This document shows positions 1 to 8,785 of a stretch of 64,000 nucleotides of DNA, piece by piece. The number at the start of each line of letters is the position of its first letter. Within the stretch, counting starts at the first letter, position 1. Both the position numbers and the translations under genes were made by a program. The DNA is taken from the IMG/VR virus record IMGVR_UViG_3300037603_000040; one strand, given 5' to 3'. The notes below the pieces were generated by a model. That model saw nothing but the letters and a program-made list of their open reading frames with translations. It did no database searches and had not been told where the DNA came from. Origin of the DNA: an uncultured virus (IMG/VR IMGVR_UViG_3300037603_000040). Its lineage: Duplodnaviria > Heunggongvirae > Uroviricota > Caudoviricetes > Schitoviridae.

Positions 1-1
1 C

Positions 2-202
2 GAGAAGGATCTCATCGCATTCGCCATCTTGGCTGTGATGTTCGGTGTCTCTTCGTTCTACACGATCCTCATGGACATCGGTATCTACAAGCGTCGTCAG
101 GCGCTTAACGCAGAGGAGGAGTATCTCTACTCGGAGATCCAGGCAGCCAAGGAATGGCTGGGTGATCTCGAGGACGAGCGTCAGCGGAGGGCTCAACAAT
201 GA
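2..202 (+). CDS. 5'-truncated early protein with a hydrophobic segment
   Basis: Open frame from the window edge (EKDLIAFAILAVMFGVSSFY...RRAQQ*). Its TGA overlaps the ATG at 199 (ATGA coupling). Confidence 0.6.
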   Translation, partial: EKDLIAFAILAVMFGVSSFYTILMDIGIYKRRQALNAEEEYLYSEIQAAKEWLGDLEDERQRRAQQ

Positions 203-423
203 GCTCTGTGAAACCGAGGACGTTGGAACAAATCGTGAACGTAGCAGATATCTTCTGCACGGCGTTGCGCGAAGAGTTCGAGCACCAGCAGCATGATGCT
301 ATGTCTCGCTTGGATACAAACCGTCTCACTCTTGAGACTGTCCCTGTCTATCGCAAGCTGGACCGTTGCTCTCCCTTCAGGGATCTCGAGCAGCTCTCTG
401 ACCTGTTCGTCATGAGGCCCTGA
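199..423 (+). CDS. hypothetical early protein
   Basis: 74-aa ORF with GGAGG upstream and ATGA overlap with the previous gene. Confidence 0.65.
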   Translation: MSSVKPRTLEQIVNVADIFCTALREEFEHQQHDAMSRLDTNRLTLETVPVYRKLDRCSPFRDLEQLSDLFVMRP

Positions 424-703
424 TCTCTGACCCTGATCTGAACCAAGGGAAACATGAGTCAAAGGCTCATGTTTCTCATACAGACTTTGTCAACAATTTT
501 TGACCAAATGGGCAGAATCTTGCTTGACCTGTCTGGAATGATTATGTTTATGCCCTACCCGTAAGAGTAGGGCCGAGCGTGAACCTAGATACTACCAGTT
601 GGTTTTTTTGGTGGTGTCATAATGCCTGTGAGCGAGCACACCATTCCCGTTAAGGGGCTGTATATAATCGCTTATTGAGCGTTCTAATAACTACTGTTGA
701 AGG

Positions 704-723
704 GCTCCTTCGGAGCTAATGGG
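704..723 (+). promoter_or_regulatory. N4-type virion RNAP hairpin promoter
   Basis: GCTCC-TTC-GGAGC (template-strand loop C-GAA-G), then 9 nt from loop to GGG, matching N4 early promoter geometry. Lies upstream of the gp2-like gene. Confidence 0.85.
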
Positions 724-778
724 GTTGTGCCGTGGTGGTATACCCTAGACCTTTGTCCATAACGTGAGGAGAACACAC

Positions 779-1159
779 ATGGGACGCATCGTGAACAACA
801 ATACCCGCTCGGATACCTACGTCGATCGCAATGGTGTGGAGCGGCCGAAGGCCAAGTATTACCTGAACGTGGGCTACCCGTTCATCGACCCGGATACGGG
901 CGAGGAGACCTTTGTGAGCTTGGGTTTTGGCCTCGACACCCTGCCGAAGATCAGCGGCTCCGCCGCGATCATGCAGCGGAAACGCAACCTGCTCTCGCAG
1001 TTGCTCGACATGGCTGAGGGCATCGAGCCCGGTCAGGACGACACCGTCGAAGGTCTCGAGATTCGCATCCGTCACGTGGGCGAAGCCGAGAACGAGCAGC
1101 AGAGCTTCCTCGACGAGCCCAAGATCCGTCTGGTGTCCAAGAAGATGGCCGCCGAATAA
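779..1159 (+). CDS. N4 gp2/Drc-like ssDNA-binding RNAPII transcription cofactor
   Basis: PKAKYYLNVGY...FVSL..GLDT...NLLSQL...IEPG...IRHV resembles N4 gp2. GAGGAG RBS and early position. Confidence 0.8.
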   Translation: MGRIVNNNTRSDTYVDRNGVERPKAKYYLNVGYPFIDPDTGEETFVSLGFGLDTLPKISGSAAIMQRKRNLLSQLLDMAEGIEPGQDDTVEGLEIRIRHVGEAENEQQSFLDEPKIRLVSKKMAAE

Positions 1160-1175
1160 CCCACTCTCAAGGTCT

Positions 1176-1215
1176 GAGGCTCTCTCGCGCAAGCGAGGGA
1201 GTCTCTTTCTTTTTT
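1176..1215 (+). terminator. intrinsic terminator
   Basis: GAGGCTCTCTCGC-GCAA-GCGAGGGAGTCTC followed by TTTCTTTTTT. Confidence 0.85.
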
Positions 1216-1408
1216 CCCTCAACTCTCTTTCTCTCTCCCCTAACGCGGATAGTCATGGGACACCTCATACATCCCTGAGTAGTAGACTCTCAAAAGTCTC
1301 AGTATTTAGAGGTTCCATAGGTCACGAGATAGTTATCTGGATAGTTATTCCAGGTAATATCACCGTCGTTCTGTGGGGTGGTGTTGTGTTTTTTGTGTGC
1401 TGTTGTTG

Positions 1409-1428
1409 GCTCCTTCGGAGCTTGTGGA
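1409..1428 (+). promoter_or_regulatory. N4-type virion RNAP hairpin promoter
   Basis: Second exact copy of GCTCCTTCGGAGC, followed by TTGTGGA with the same spacing. Lies upstream of RNAP1. Confidence 0.85.
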
Positions 1429-1633
1429 GAGTTCTGTGGTCCTGGTCCAGGATCACCCCAAGAGAAGCATATAATTCCAGGTAAATCCCCTATGGGTAGC
1501 CTATGGTCTAACCACCATTTTACCTGGAATTTAGAGAGTTCAACTTTCTATTCTCTAACTTCTTTTTAGACCCCTCAAAATACCTAACGCACCCTGAACG
1601 CTAACTCATCCCTAATTCCAGGAGAAAAACAGC

Positions 1634-2713
1634 ATGCTTGACCAGCTTTTTGAGCCCGTCACCGCAGAGGACGCAGACATCAATACCTGCTCCCAAGTGG
1701 AGCTCGAAACCTACTATTCCAAGTATCAGTTGCACCACTGCATCGCTGAATGGTTCATCAAGGAGAACTTCGACAAGGAGTTCATTGATGAAGGTATCTG
1801 TCCCAAATTCGGGATCGATCTCCTGGTTCAGATGGAGCTACACAAGCGAGCTGATGTGCCCACCTTGGTGGGTATCCTTATGCGTCACTTCACGGACACT
1901 TTGACCGAGAAGAACAAGATCATCACAGCAGAACAGCTCTGTGCTGATGAGATCCTGAAAGCGATCGATGCGGACTTCGTGGATCACCACGAGATGAGCG
2001 GCAAGGTCATCGTCAAGTATGAGGTGGATAAAGAAGTCCGCAAAAAGATTTCCAGGTTCATGTATCCTTTGCCCATGGTCGAGCCACCGGCACCGGTGCG
2101 CAACAACTACAGCACCGGATACTACACGATCAAAAAGTCCTTGATCCTGAAGAACAACCACCACGAAGACAACCTCTGCCTGGACCACATTAACCGGTGT
2201 AACAACGTGGCTCTCAGCCTCAATGAGAATGTCGTGGCTTTCGTCCAGAACAAATGGCGGAACCATGACAAGCGCAAAGAGGGGGAGACCCGTGAGGAGT
2301 TCGACAAGCGCAAGAAAGCCTTTCACACCTACGACACCACGTCTCGAGATGTGCTGGCTGCCCTGATCGCTCAAGGAAACCACTTCTGGCTCACTCACCG
2401 CTATGACAAGCGTGGGAGAACCTACAGCCAGGGCTACCACGTCAACTATCAAGGCAACGATTGGAACAAAGCCTGCATCGAGTTTGCAGACGCTGAAGTC
2501 CTGAACCAGGAAGGCCAGTGCTATCACTGTGCCTATCCCCTTCACAAGGATCCTCCTGCCCACCTACTCAGGATCGAGATCAAGGAAGAGCTCTTCCCAG
2601 AGAACTTCTTCGATCACCCTGTTCACCTGCATCACGATCACAACACCGGGGAAACCCTTGGTGCTGTGCATGCACGCTGCAATGCCATCCTCTGGCAATA
2701 CTACGGAGAGTGA
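1634..2713 (+). CDS. RNA polymerase II subunit 1 (N4 gp15-like) with C-terminal endonuclease VII-like domain
   Basis: YPLPMVEPP, ILKNNHH, THRYDKRGRTYSQGYHVNYQG are typical RNAP1 motifs. The tail QEGQCYHC...HLHHDHNTG..LGAVHARCN resembles endonuclease VII. Confidence 0.9.
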   Translation: MLDQLFEPVTAEDADINTCSQVELETYYSKYQLHHCIAEWFIKENFDKEFIDEGICPKFGIDLLVQMELHKRADVPTLVGILMRHFTDTLTEKNKIITAEQLCADEILKAIDADFVDHHEMSGKVIVKYEVDKEVRKKISRFMYPLPMVEPPAPVRNNYSTGYYTIKKSLILKNNHHEDNLCLDHINRCNNVALSLNENVVAFVQNKWRNHDKRKEGETREEFDKRKKAFHTYDTTSRDVLAALIAQGNHFWLTHRYDKRGRTYSQGYHVNYQGNDWNKACIEFADAEVLNQEGQCYHCAYPLHKDPPAHLLRIEIKEELFPENFFDHPVHLHHDHNTGETLGAVHARCNAILWQYYGE

Positions 2714-2717
2714 CCCC

Positions 2718-2906
2718 ATGTTCTTCTACTATACCAAGACCATCACCTCTCGTTGGGCACCGGTCAAAACATCTGACAAGCCTTCCCCCAAGACCGCGGA
2801 TGGCTGCCAGAAACGCCCCATGTCCAGGATCGTGGAGCTGAGCCCTGCTCAGTATGATCTGCCTCTGGAGCGCCTTAGCAAGATCTACCCTGTAGGGGAT
2901 CTGTGA
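2718..2906 (+). CDS. hypothetical protein
   Basis: ATG with GGAG RBS, 62 aa, coupled to the next ORF. Confidence 0.6.
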   Translation: MFFYYTKTITSRWAPVKTSDKPSPKTADGCQKRPMSRIVELSPAQYDLPLERLSKIYPVGDL

Positions 2907-3136
2907 TGGGCTACCAAACCCGTCCCACTTTCCATGCTCAGATACTGAAGATGAAGCACTTGCTCATTGAAGTGTCTGAACGCATGGAGAGCCTCAAGGC
3001 AGCCTGTGATCGCACCAATGATCCTGACTACCTGGAGCTTGGGAACACTGTGTCACTGGCTCTGAGCGATATCACAGACGCTCAAATCACCATTGCCAAT
3101 GCTGCCAAGCAAGAGAGAAAGGCTCGGACCAAATGA
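2903..3136 (+). CDS. hypothetical protein
   Basis: 77-aa helical ORF in an overlapping chain. Confidence 0.6.
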   Translation: MMGYQTRPTFHAQILKMKHLLIEVSERMESLKAACDRTNDPDYLELGNTVSLALSDITDAQITIANAAKQERKARTK

Positions 3137-3387
3137 AGACAAAAACCAGGAAGATGAACAAATCTGAGTATTATGCTTTGGCTCATAACCTCAGCCGTGC
3201 TTCAAATATTTTGTTGAGCAACAAGCCTCAGCTAGTATTCTCAATGCTGACTGGTGATCTCGAACAAACACAGAACGCCAATGATGCTCGTTGGTTCTAT
3301 GTTCTTACCCATGGATCGGATCTCTTTCTCGAACAGATCTATCAAATTGATGGCGTCAATGATGCCATCCTTCTGCTTCCCCAATAA
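3133..3387 (+). CDS. hypothetical protein
   Basis: 84-aa ORF, ATGA overlap, AT-richer than its neighbours. Confidence 0.5.
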   Translation: MKTKTRKMNKSEYYALAHNLSRASNILLSNKPQLVFSMLTGDLEQTQNANDARWFYVLTHGSDLFLEQIYQIDGVNDAILLLPQ

Positions 3388-3410
3388 CCCACCTGCATAG
3401 GAGTCACAAA

Positions 3411-3638
3411 ATGCAGCTTCCCATTGAATATCCTGCACCACAAAAAGACAAATACATCGAAGAGGAAACGACAGTTTTCAATCGCTGGATGATCTTTGGG
3501 ATACATCCTGAAACAGGCAACGTGGACATAAGTGATGGAGACCAAGACATCATCACGAATGTCCCAAAAGACAGAGCAGACAAGATTTTGGAAGTTCGGA
3601 ACATGTTTGTCAACACTATGCTCGAATTGCTCCGCTGA
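3411..3638 (+). CDS. hypothetical protein
   Basis: 75 aa with AGGAG RBS. Confidence 0.65.
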   Translation: MQLPIEYPAPQKDKYIEEETTVFNRWMIFGIHPETGNVDISDGDQDIITNVPKDRADKILEVRNMFVNTMLELLR

Positions 3639-3689
3639 ACCAAAACTTGTCATTTTCTGCACAAAAATCAACCGCATAGGAGTCACACC

Positions 3690-4892
3690 ATGCAAACCTT
3701 CACACCCATTCAGTATCTCAAGATCGACATCGCCTCGAACTTCGGCCTGGACAAAAAGTCCTGGGACGATCGTCTGGCCTGGTTCGATGAGAACGAGAAA
3801 GATCTCGACAACCTCACCAAGCAAGCCGAAGAGCCAGCCCTTTTCTATGCCGGAATCCAGGCATACCGCAAAGCCCTCAAGGGTGATCCGATCAAATATC
3901 CCATCAGCCTGGATGCCACAGCTTCTGGTGCTCAGATTCTGGCTATTCTCATCGGTTGTGAGAAATCTGCCAAGCTCTGTAATGTGCTCGACACCGGTCG
4001 TCGAGAAGATCTCTACACCATCCTCTATGGGGGCATGCTGAGCCGCATCAATGATCAAGCTCGGATCACCCGTGATGATGCCAAACAGGCCATCATGACG
4101 TCCCTCTATGGATCCAAGAAGGAACCCAAGCAGATCTTCGGAGAAGGGGAGTTGCTCGACGTTTTTTACGAGACCATGAAGGAAGATGCCACGGGGATCT
4201 GGGAGATCAACCAGGATATTCTGGATCTCTGGCAGCCGGATGTTCTCAGCCACGACTGGGTGCTTCCGGATGACTTCCACGTCAAGACCAAGACCATGGT
4301 CCCCCATACCGCCATCATTCATTTCCTGAATGAACCCATGGAAGTCACCACCTATGTCAACGCACCCTCTGAGCGTGGCCTCTCGATCGGTGCCAATATG
4401 GTCCACTCGATCGACGGCATGATCGTGCGCGAAATGGGACGTCGGTGCGGATACGACCCGGTGCATGTCCTGGATCTGCTCGAGCTCATTGCTCAGTCTT
4501 CTTACATGCGCTCACCGCGCTTGAATCGAGCCAAGGACAAACAGATGATGGTTCTCTGGAATCATTACCTGGAGTCCGGCTTTCTCTCCGCGGCGATCAT
4601 CGACTATCTCGACACTGAGAACATGGCGGCCGTGGACTACAGCATCATCAAGAAGCTGCTCCTGTCTCTGCCGGAGAAGCCATTCCAGGTGCTCTCCATC
4701 CACGACTGCTTCCGGGTTCACCCTAACTATGCCAACGACCTGCGCCGTCAGTATAACGCCATCCTTCAGGCGGTATCTGACAGCACCATGCTCGACTATC
4801 TGGCCAACCAGGTGGTCAAGCACAAGGTCAAGGTCATGAAGTTCTCGGACCTCTCTGGCCAGATCCTGAGCACCAACTATGCTCTCAGCTAA
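3690..4892 (+). CDS. RNA polymerase II subunit 2 (N4 gp16-like)
   Basis: YLKIDIASNFGLDK start; motif A LDATASGAQI; motif B RDDAKQAIMTSLYGS; ANMVHSIDG; motif C IHDCF. Confidence 0.95.
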   Translation: MQTFTPIQYLKIDIASNFGLDKKSWDDRLAWFDENEKDLDNLTKQAEEPALFYAGIQAYRKALKGDPIKYPISLDATASGAQILAILIGCEKSAKLCNVLDTGRREDLYTILYGGMLSRINDQARITRDDAKQAIMTSLYGSKKEPKQIFGEGELLDVFYETMKEDATGIWEINQDILDLWQPDVLSHDWVLPDDFHVKTKTMVPHTAIIHFLNEPMEVTTYVNAPSERGLSIGANMVHSIDGMIVREMGRRCGYDPVHVLDLLELIAQSSYMRSPRLNRAKDKQMMVLWNHYLESGFLSAAIIDYLDTENMAAVDYSIIKKLLLSLPEKPFQVLSIHDCFRVHPNYANDLRRQYNAILQAVSDSTMLDYLANQVVKHKVKVMKFSDLSGQILSTNYALS

Positions 4893-5088
4893 GGTCTCAT
4901 CAAAAGAAGTCGGAGCGCAGTGCTGGTCAGCATTGCGCTTCACAGGCCGCTGCTACAAGTGCGACAGATACGACGTCTGCAACTATCGTTGTCGGGTTCC
5001 CGATCAGACGTATGATGAGAAGAGAGCACTGGCCCGTAAGCTCAAGGAGGAGAGTGACAAACTCTACCGTGAGCTCAAAGATCTCTGA
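4879..5088 (+). CDS. small Cys-rich hypothetical protein
   Basis: 69 aa with several Cys (CYKC..C..C), followed by a terminator. Confidence 0.55.
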   Translation: MLSAKVSSKEVGAQCWSALRFTGRCYKCDRYDVCNYRCRVPDQTYDEKRALARKLKEESDKLYRELKDL

Positions 5089-5121
5089 CTGACAGCGGGT
5101 TATCCCGCTGTTGGTTTTTTT
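5089..5121 (+). terminator. intrinsic terminator
   Basis: GACAGCGGG-TTAT-CCCGCTGTT followed by a T7 run. Confidence 0.8.
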
Positions 5122-5485
5122 GGTTCCTGTTGAGAAGGAACTCCTGAGTAAAAAACACAATCAGTGTTGATATGACAATAGTTGAAGAAAGGTGGCCATC
5201 ATGCGCTTCTAGCTAATACCTGTTAGGCGGTGAATTGCACACACACACTCCACATGAGTTTTAGCCCCTGTCCAGGGCTTTGCCAGAGTTCTCTCGGGCT
5301 CCTGCGTCTACAGTTATCTGTGGCATAACGCACGACACCAGGGGATAGCTGGCACTCACCCCCAGAGTCTGCTCGGCTTACGAATCAGAGCAAGCGGTGC
5401 CCTTAGAACATCGCTTTATAAAGAGCATCTGAGTCCGGTTTAAGGATACCGGGGATCAAAAATCCTTACTCACAATCACTGGATG

Positions 5486-5528
5486 AAAAAGTCTCATTCC
5501 CTTATGGGAGTGGGGCTTTTTCTTTTTT
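5486..5528 (+). terminator. intrinsic terminator
   Basis: AGTCTCATTCCC-TTAT-GGGAGTGGGGCT followed by TTTTCTTTTTT. Confidence 0.8.
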
Positions 5529-5541
5529 CCTGGAGACTCTC

Positions 5542-6054
5542 ATGAAAACCTACCTCATTGCCATGATGGCCAGCCTGTCCGTCTTCATCTGGACCAATGT
5601 CGCCCATGCTGTGGAGACCGACATTGTGGACACATACGGAGACTGGACACTGAGTGTGAACATCCACGATGACGATTCCTTGTCTTGCTCCATCAGATCC
5701 CGAAATGCTTACGCCACCTTCTCGGTGATAGTCAGCCAGGATGGGATTTATTCCATCTACGGCCTGGTTCCCGATATCACAGCGGAACATGAAGCAGTCA
5801 CTTTCAAGATCCTCTTGGATCAAGAAGTCTGGAACATCAGCTCGGCCGACACCAGCAACTCCATTCATGGGCTCTTCTGGCACACTGACATTCACGAAGA
5901 CTCCGCCATGGACTTCCTGGATGACATGGCAAACGCCTCTGTTCTCTTACTGGATCCGGACACCAGCAATATCTCATTTTCTCTCAATGGGACTGCCAAG
6001 GCCCTGATGGAGATGGAGAAGTGCCGTCAGCTCATCGTCAAAAAGCGAAGGTAG
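5542..6054 (+). CDS. secreted/periplasmic protein, IalB-like
   Basis: Signal peptide ending AHA; YGDW..C near the N-terminus; FSLNGTAKAL...C at the C-terminus. Confidence 0.6.
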   Translation: MKTYLIAMMASLSVFIWTNVAHAVETDIVDTYGDWTLSVNIHDDDSLSCSIRSRNAYATFSVIVSQDGIYSIYGLVPDITAEHEAVTFKILLDQEVWNISSADTSNSIHGLFWHTDIHEDSAMDFLDDMANASVLLLDPDTSNISFSLNGTAKALMEMEKCRQLIVKKRR

Positions 6055-6064
6055 GAGTTTCTCC

Positions 6065-6502
6065 GTGACCATCTTCAATGACACCAACCGAGGCAGGGTT
6101 TCCAAAATCCAGGAAATCCTGAACCTTCTGGACAAATCTGCCAAGTCCAACAAGGCGACCTCAGATGAGGTTTGGCAGCTCCTGGAACCAGTGATCAACC
6201 AGATGTCTGACATTCTGGGAGCCAAGGCAGAAGCACCTGCTGCTCCTGTCACAGATGCTGATCGCTACAACAGCCCCAATGCAGACTGTCTGAACGGTCT
6301 TCATCAGAATGAAGGTGATGATGTTTGTGTGCGGTGTGGGAAAGACCTCAACGAGGCATCCACCGATCTGCACACTTATACCACAGCAGGCAGAGAGCCT
6401 CTGGGCATCACCATCAAGCGCATGGCTGAAGAGGCTCCTTTGAAAGACCTCACCTACGCCATGGCCATTTATCTCAACCGACTTGTCGAGGAGCTTTACT
6501 GA
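6065..6502 (+). CDS. hypothetical protein
   Basis: 145 aa, GTG start after AGGAG, contains C..H..C..C. Confidence 0.7.
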   Translation: MTIFNDTNRGRVSKIQEILNLLDKSAKSNKATSDEVWQLLEPVINQMSDILGAKAEAPAAPVTDADRYNSPNADCLNGLHQNEGDDVCVRCGKDLNEASTDLHTYTTAGREPLGITIKRMAEEAPLKDLTYAMAIYLNRLVEELY

Positions 6503-6525
6503 CCCTCACCGAAAGGAGTCATCCC

Positions 6526-6870
6526 ATGAACCAGAAGAAGAAAGGCAAAGGTAGGCGCAAGATCCCTGCCGTTCAGCGTCATGTCTCTCGAGGCTGTGGG
6601 ACACTCTACCTTCCTCCTGGATACGTCCTTGGAGAAAGAGCCGATCTCTACTCAGACGGCAACGGCCGCCTTGCCATCGAATACAACCCCGAAGGCAAGT
6701 TCAAGATGATCGCTACCAGCCGTGGCAGCTCGATCAAGATGATGACCATCCCCAAGGCCTATGCCACACGGTTCCCCCTCAAGACCACCGATGTGACCGT
6801 CTACTGGGAGAACAACATGCTCATCCTCAACACCCTTCAATTCCCGGAGCCAGAAGATGAAAACCCTTGA
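6526..6870 (+). CDS. putative tandem AbrB/SpoVT-like DNA-binding protein
   Basis: Basic N-terminus and two repeats of a (T)xx(L/I)P...beta-hairpin pattern (TLYLPPG...GERADLYSDGNGRLAI; MTIPKAY...DVTVYWENNMLIL). Confidence 0.5.
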   Translation: MNQKKKGKGRRKIPAVQRHVSRGCGTLYLPPGYVLGERADLYSDGNGRLAIEYNPEGKFKMIATSRGSSIKMMTIPKAYATRFPLKTTDVTVYWENNMLILNTLQFPEPEDENP

Positions 6871-7306
6871 TGATGTGATCTCTTCTTTTGAACTCACCAA
6901 CGAAGACAAGGCAAAGCTTCAGTCAGAAGGAGAGCCAACAGTTCTACAAAAGTTGGAGCTTTGTTTGAATTTTCCAGGGGTTCTCGACGAAGAAGCCTTT
7001 TCTGTCATCAGGAAAGAGCTCCGGCTTTACCTCCTCTCTCTCATTCTCGCCGGTGCCGAACCTTTCGAAACATCGGTAGAGTTTCAAGGCTACGGTGACT
7101 CAGGCCAGATTGAGACCCCCACTGGAAATGTTCTTCTGGATGAGTTCTTCAGCGAGTGCCTCAACAAGTTTGTCCACTTCGATTGGTATAACAACGAGGG
7201 TGGTGGCGGAGACATTACCTGGAATCTGGAAGACGATAAGATCGTCATCAACGGTTACTACAACCAAGTCCAGGAAGTCACTGAAATGGATGGGGTGGAA
7301 GTGTGA
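6857..7306 (+). CDS. DUF6878-like protein
   Basis: FQGYGDSGQIE and DWYNNEGGGGDI motifs. Confidence 0.65.
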   Translation: MKTLDDVISSFELTNEDKAKLQSEGEPTVLQKLELCLNFPGVLDEEAFSVIRKELRLYLLSLILAGAEPFETSVEFQGYGDSGQIETPTGNVLLDEFFSECLNKFVHFDWYNNEGGGGDITWNLEDDKIVINGYYNQVQEVTEMDGVEV

Positions 7307-7668
7307 TGGCACATGCTTATCATCACGCCAAATCATCAGCCAAACGGTTCGGCGGTGTTCCCCAAGATTACCCGGCAATCCATGACTGGTTCGACTGCAC
7401 CAAAGAGCTCGAACCCACCTTCAGACATCGTGCTCTGCGTCATCACACGCATGGCATATTCGAAGCCGAGAAAGTCTTCGGCGTCTTCATTGTAAACTCT
7501 GACGGGAAAGAAGTTCCGGTCAGGTTCATCGGTGAGCAGCACGTCAAGGAAGATTTTTCGGGTTTCATTCCCACGGTTCATGACTGGCTCAAGGGTATTC
7601 CCACCGAGCCTTGGATGAACCCCTCTCCCGCTTATCAGCGCAAGCTCATGCAAAGCATAGAGCTCTGA
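7306..7668 (+). CDS. DUF6915-like His-rich protein
   Basis: MAHAYHHAKSSAKRFGG..IHDWFD..RHRALRHH..GEQHVKED. Confidence 0.7.
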   Translation: MAHAYHHAKSSAKRFGGVPQDYPAIHDWFDCTKELEPTFRHRALRHHTHGIFEAEKVFGVFIVNSDGKEVPVRFIGEQHVKEDFSGFIPTVHDWLKGIPTEPWMNPSPAYQRKLMQSIEL

Positions 7669-7680
7669 AAGGACTCTGAC

Positions 7681-8772
7681 ATGACCATGTTCCAACACAC
7701 CCCCTCCGAAGCCCGCCAGTCCGTGATCGAGTGCATGGAAGTCGGCCTTGTTCCCATGGTGACATCGAGCCCCGGTCTCGGAAAGTCAGCCATGGTGAAG
7801 AAGATCGCCAAAGACTTCGGACTTCAGCTCATCGACCTTCGTCTGAGCCAATGCACACCCGAGGATCTCATGGGTCTTCCGATGCGCAAGGAAGTCAACG
7901 GCGAGTTCCGAGCTGCTTTCACGCCCTTCGAGATGTTCCCTCTGGCCAGCGACAAGGTTCCCGAGGGCAAGAACGGCTGGCTGCTCTTCCTCGACGAGTT
8001 CAACTCCGCCACCAAGATGGTCCAGGCAGCGGCCTACAAGCTCGCTCTGGACAAGATGGTCGGCCAGGAACACCTGCATGAGAACTGCTTCGTGGTCTGC
8101 GCTGGCAACCTGGCCACCGACCGGGCAATCGTGAACCAGATGAGCACGGCCATGCAATCCAGGCTGTGCCACATCGAGATGGTTCTCGACCACAAAGACT
8201 TCATGAAAATGGCTGTAGAGAACGACTTCGACTATCGTGTCTTGGGTTTCCTGGAATACATGCCCAGCAAGCTCCACCACTTCGTTCCCGATCACGATGA
8301 CCGGACCTTCGCATGTCCGCGGACCTGGGAGTTCTGCTCCAAACTCATCAAGGACAAGCCGATCGACAAGCTGAACCTGAAGCTCTTGGGTGGCACGGTC
8401 TCTGAAGGCATCGCTGTCGAGTTCATGACCTTCGTCAAGGAATATGACAAGCTGCCCTCCTTCAAGACCATCCTGACCAACCCGGCAGGAACGCCCGTTC
8501 CCTCTGAATCGAGCACCGTCTACGCTCTCGTCACCATGCTGCTGAACCAGATTTCCAGGGGCAAGAAGTCCGTCGATATGGATGATTTCTCGAATGTCGT
8601 CACCTATGTGAAACGCATTCCGGCCGAATTCCAGATCATCTTCTTCCGTGGGATCCAGCAGCGTTTCCCGGAGCTTCACCGCACCAAGGACTTCGTCAAC
8701 AGCATCATCCACTTGACCAAGTTCATCCGGGAAATCGAAGAAAACGTCGGCCCGATCACCGTGGCTGCCTGA
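7681..8772 (+). CDS. MoxR-like AAA+ ATPase (N4 gp24-like)
   Basis: Walker A SSPGLGKS, IDLRLSQ, Walker B LLFLDE, CAGN, CPRTW. Confidence 0.9.
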   Translation: MTMFQHTPSEARQSVIECMEVGLVPMVTSSPGLGKSAMVKKIAKDFGLQLIDLRLSQCTPEDLMGLPMRKEVNGEFRAAFTPFEMFPLASDKVPEGKNGWLLFLDEFNSATKMVQAAAYKLALDKMVGQEHLHENCFVVCAGNLATDRAIVNQMSTAMQSRLCHIEMVLDHKDFMKMAVENDFDYRVLGFLEYMPSKLHHFVPDHDDRTFACPRTWEFCSKLIKDKPIDKLNLKLLGGTVSEGIAVEFMTFVKEYDKLPSFKTILTNPAGTPVPSESSTVYALVTMLLNQISRGKKSVDMDDFSNVVTYVKRIPAEFQIIFFRGIQQRFPELHRTKDFVNSIIHLTKFIREIEENVGPITVAA

Positions 8773-8785
8773 CCAGGAGAAGACC

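Noticed and set aside
450..670. Sigma70-like promoter and hairpins in the early intergenic region
   Set aside because: TTGACC and TATAAT hexamers exist but not at convincing spacing. The hairpins (450-476, 552-573) have no assignable role.
1373..1405. GT-rich run as a further pentamer array (also 31883-31897 and the CA run at 5238-5249)
   Set aside because: Too short or too degenerate to assign to the family.
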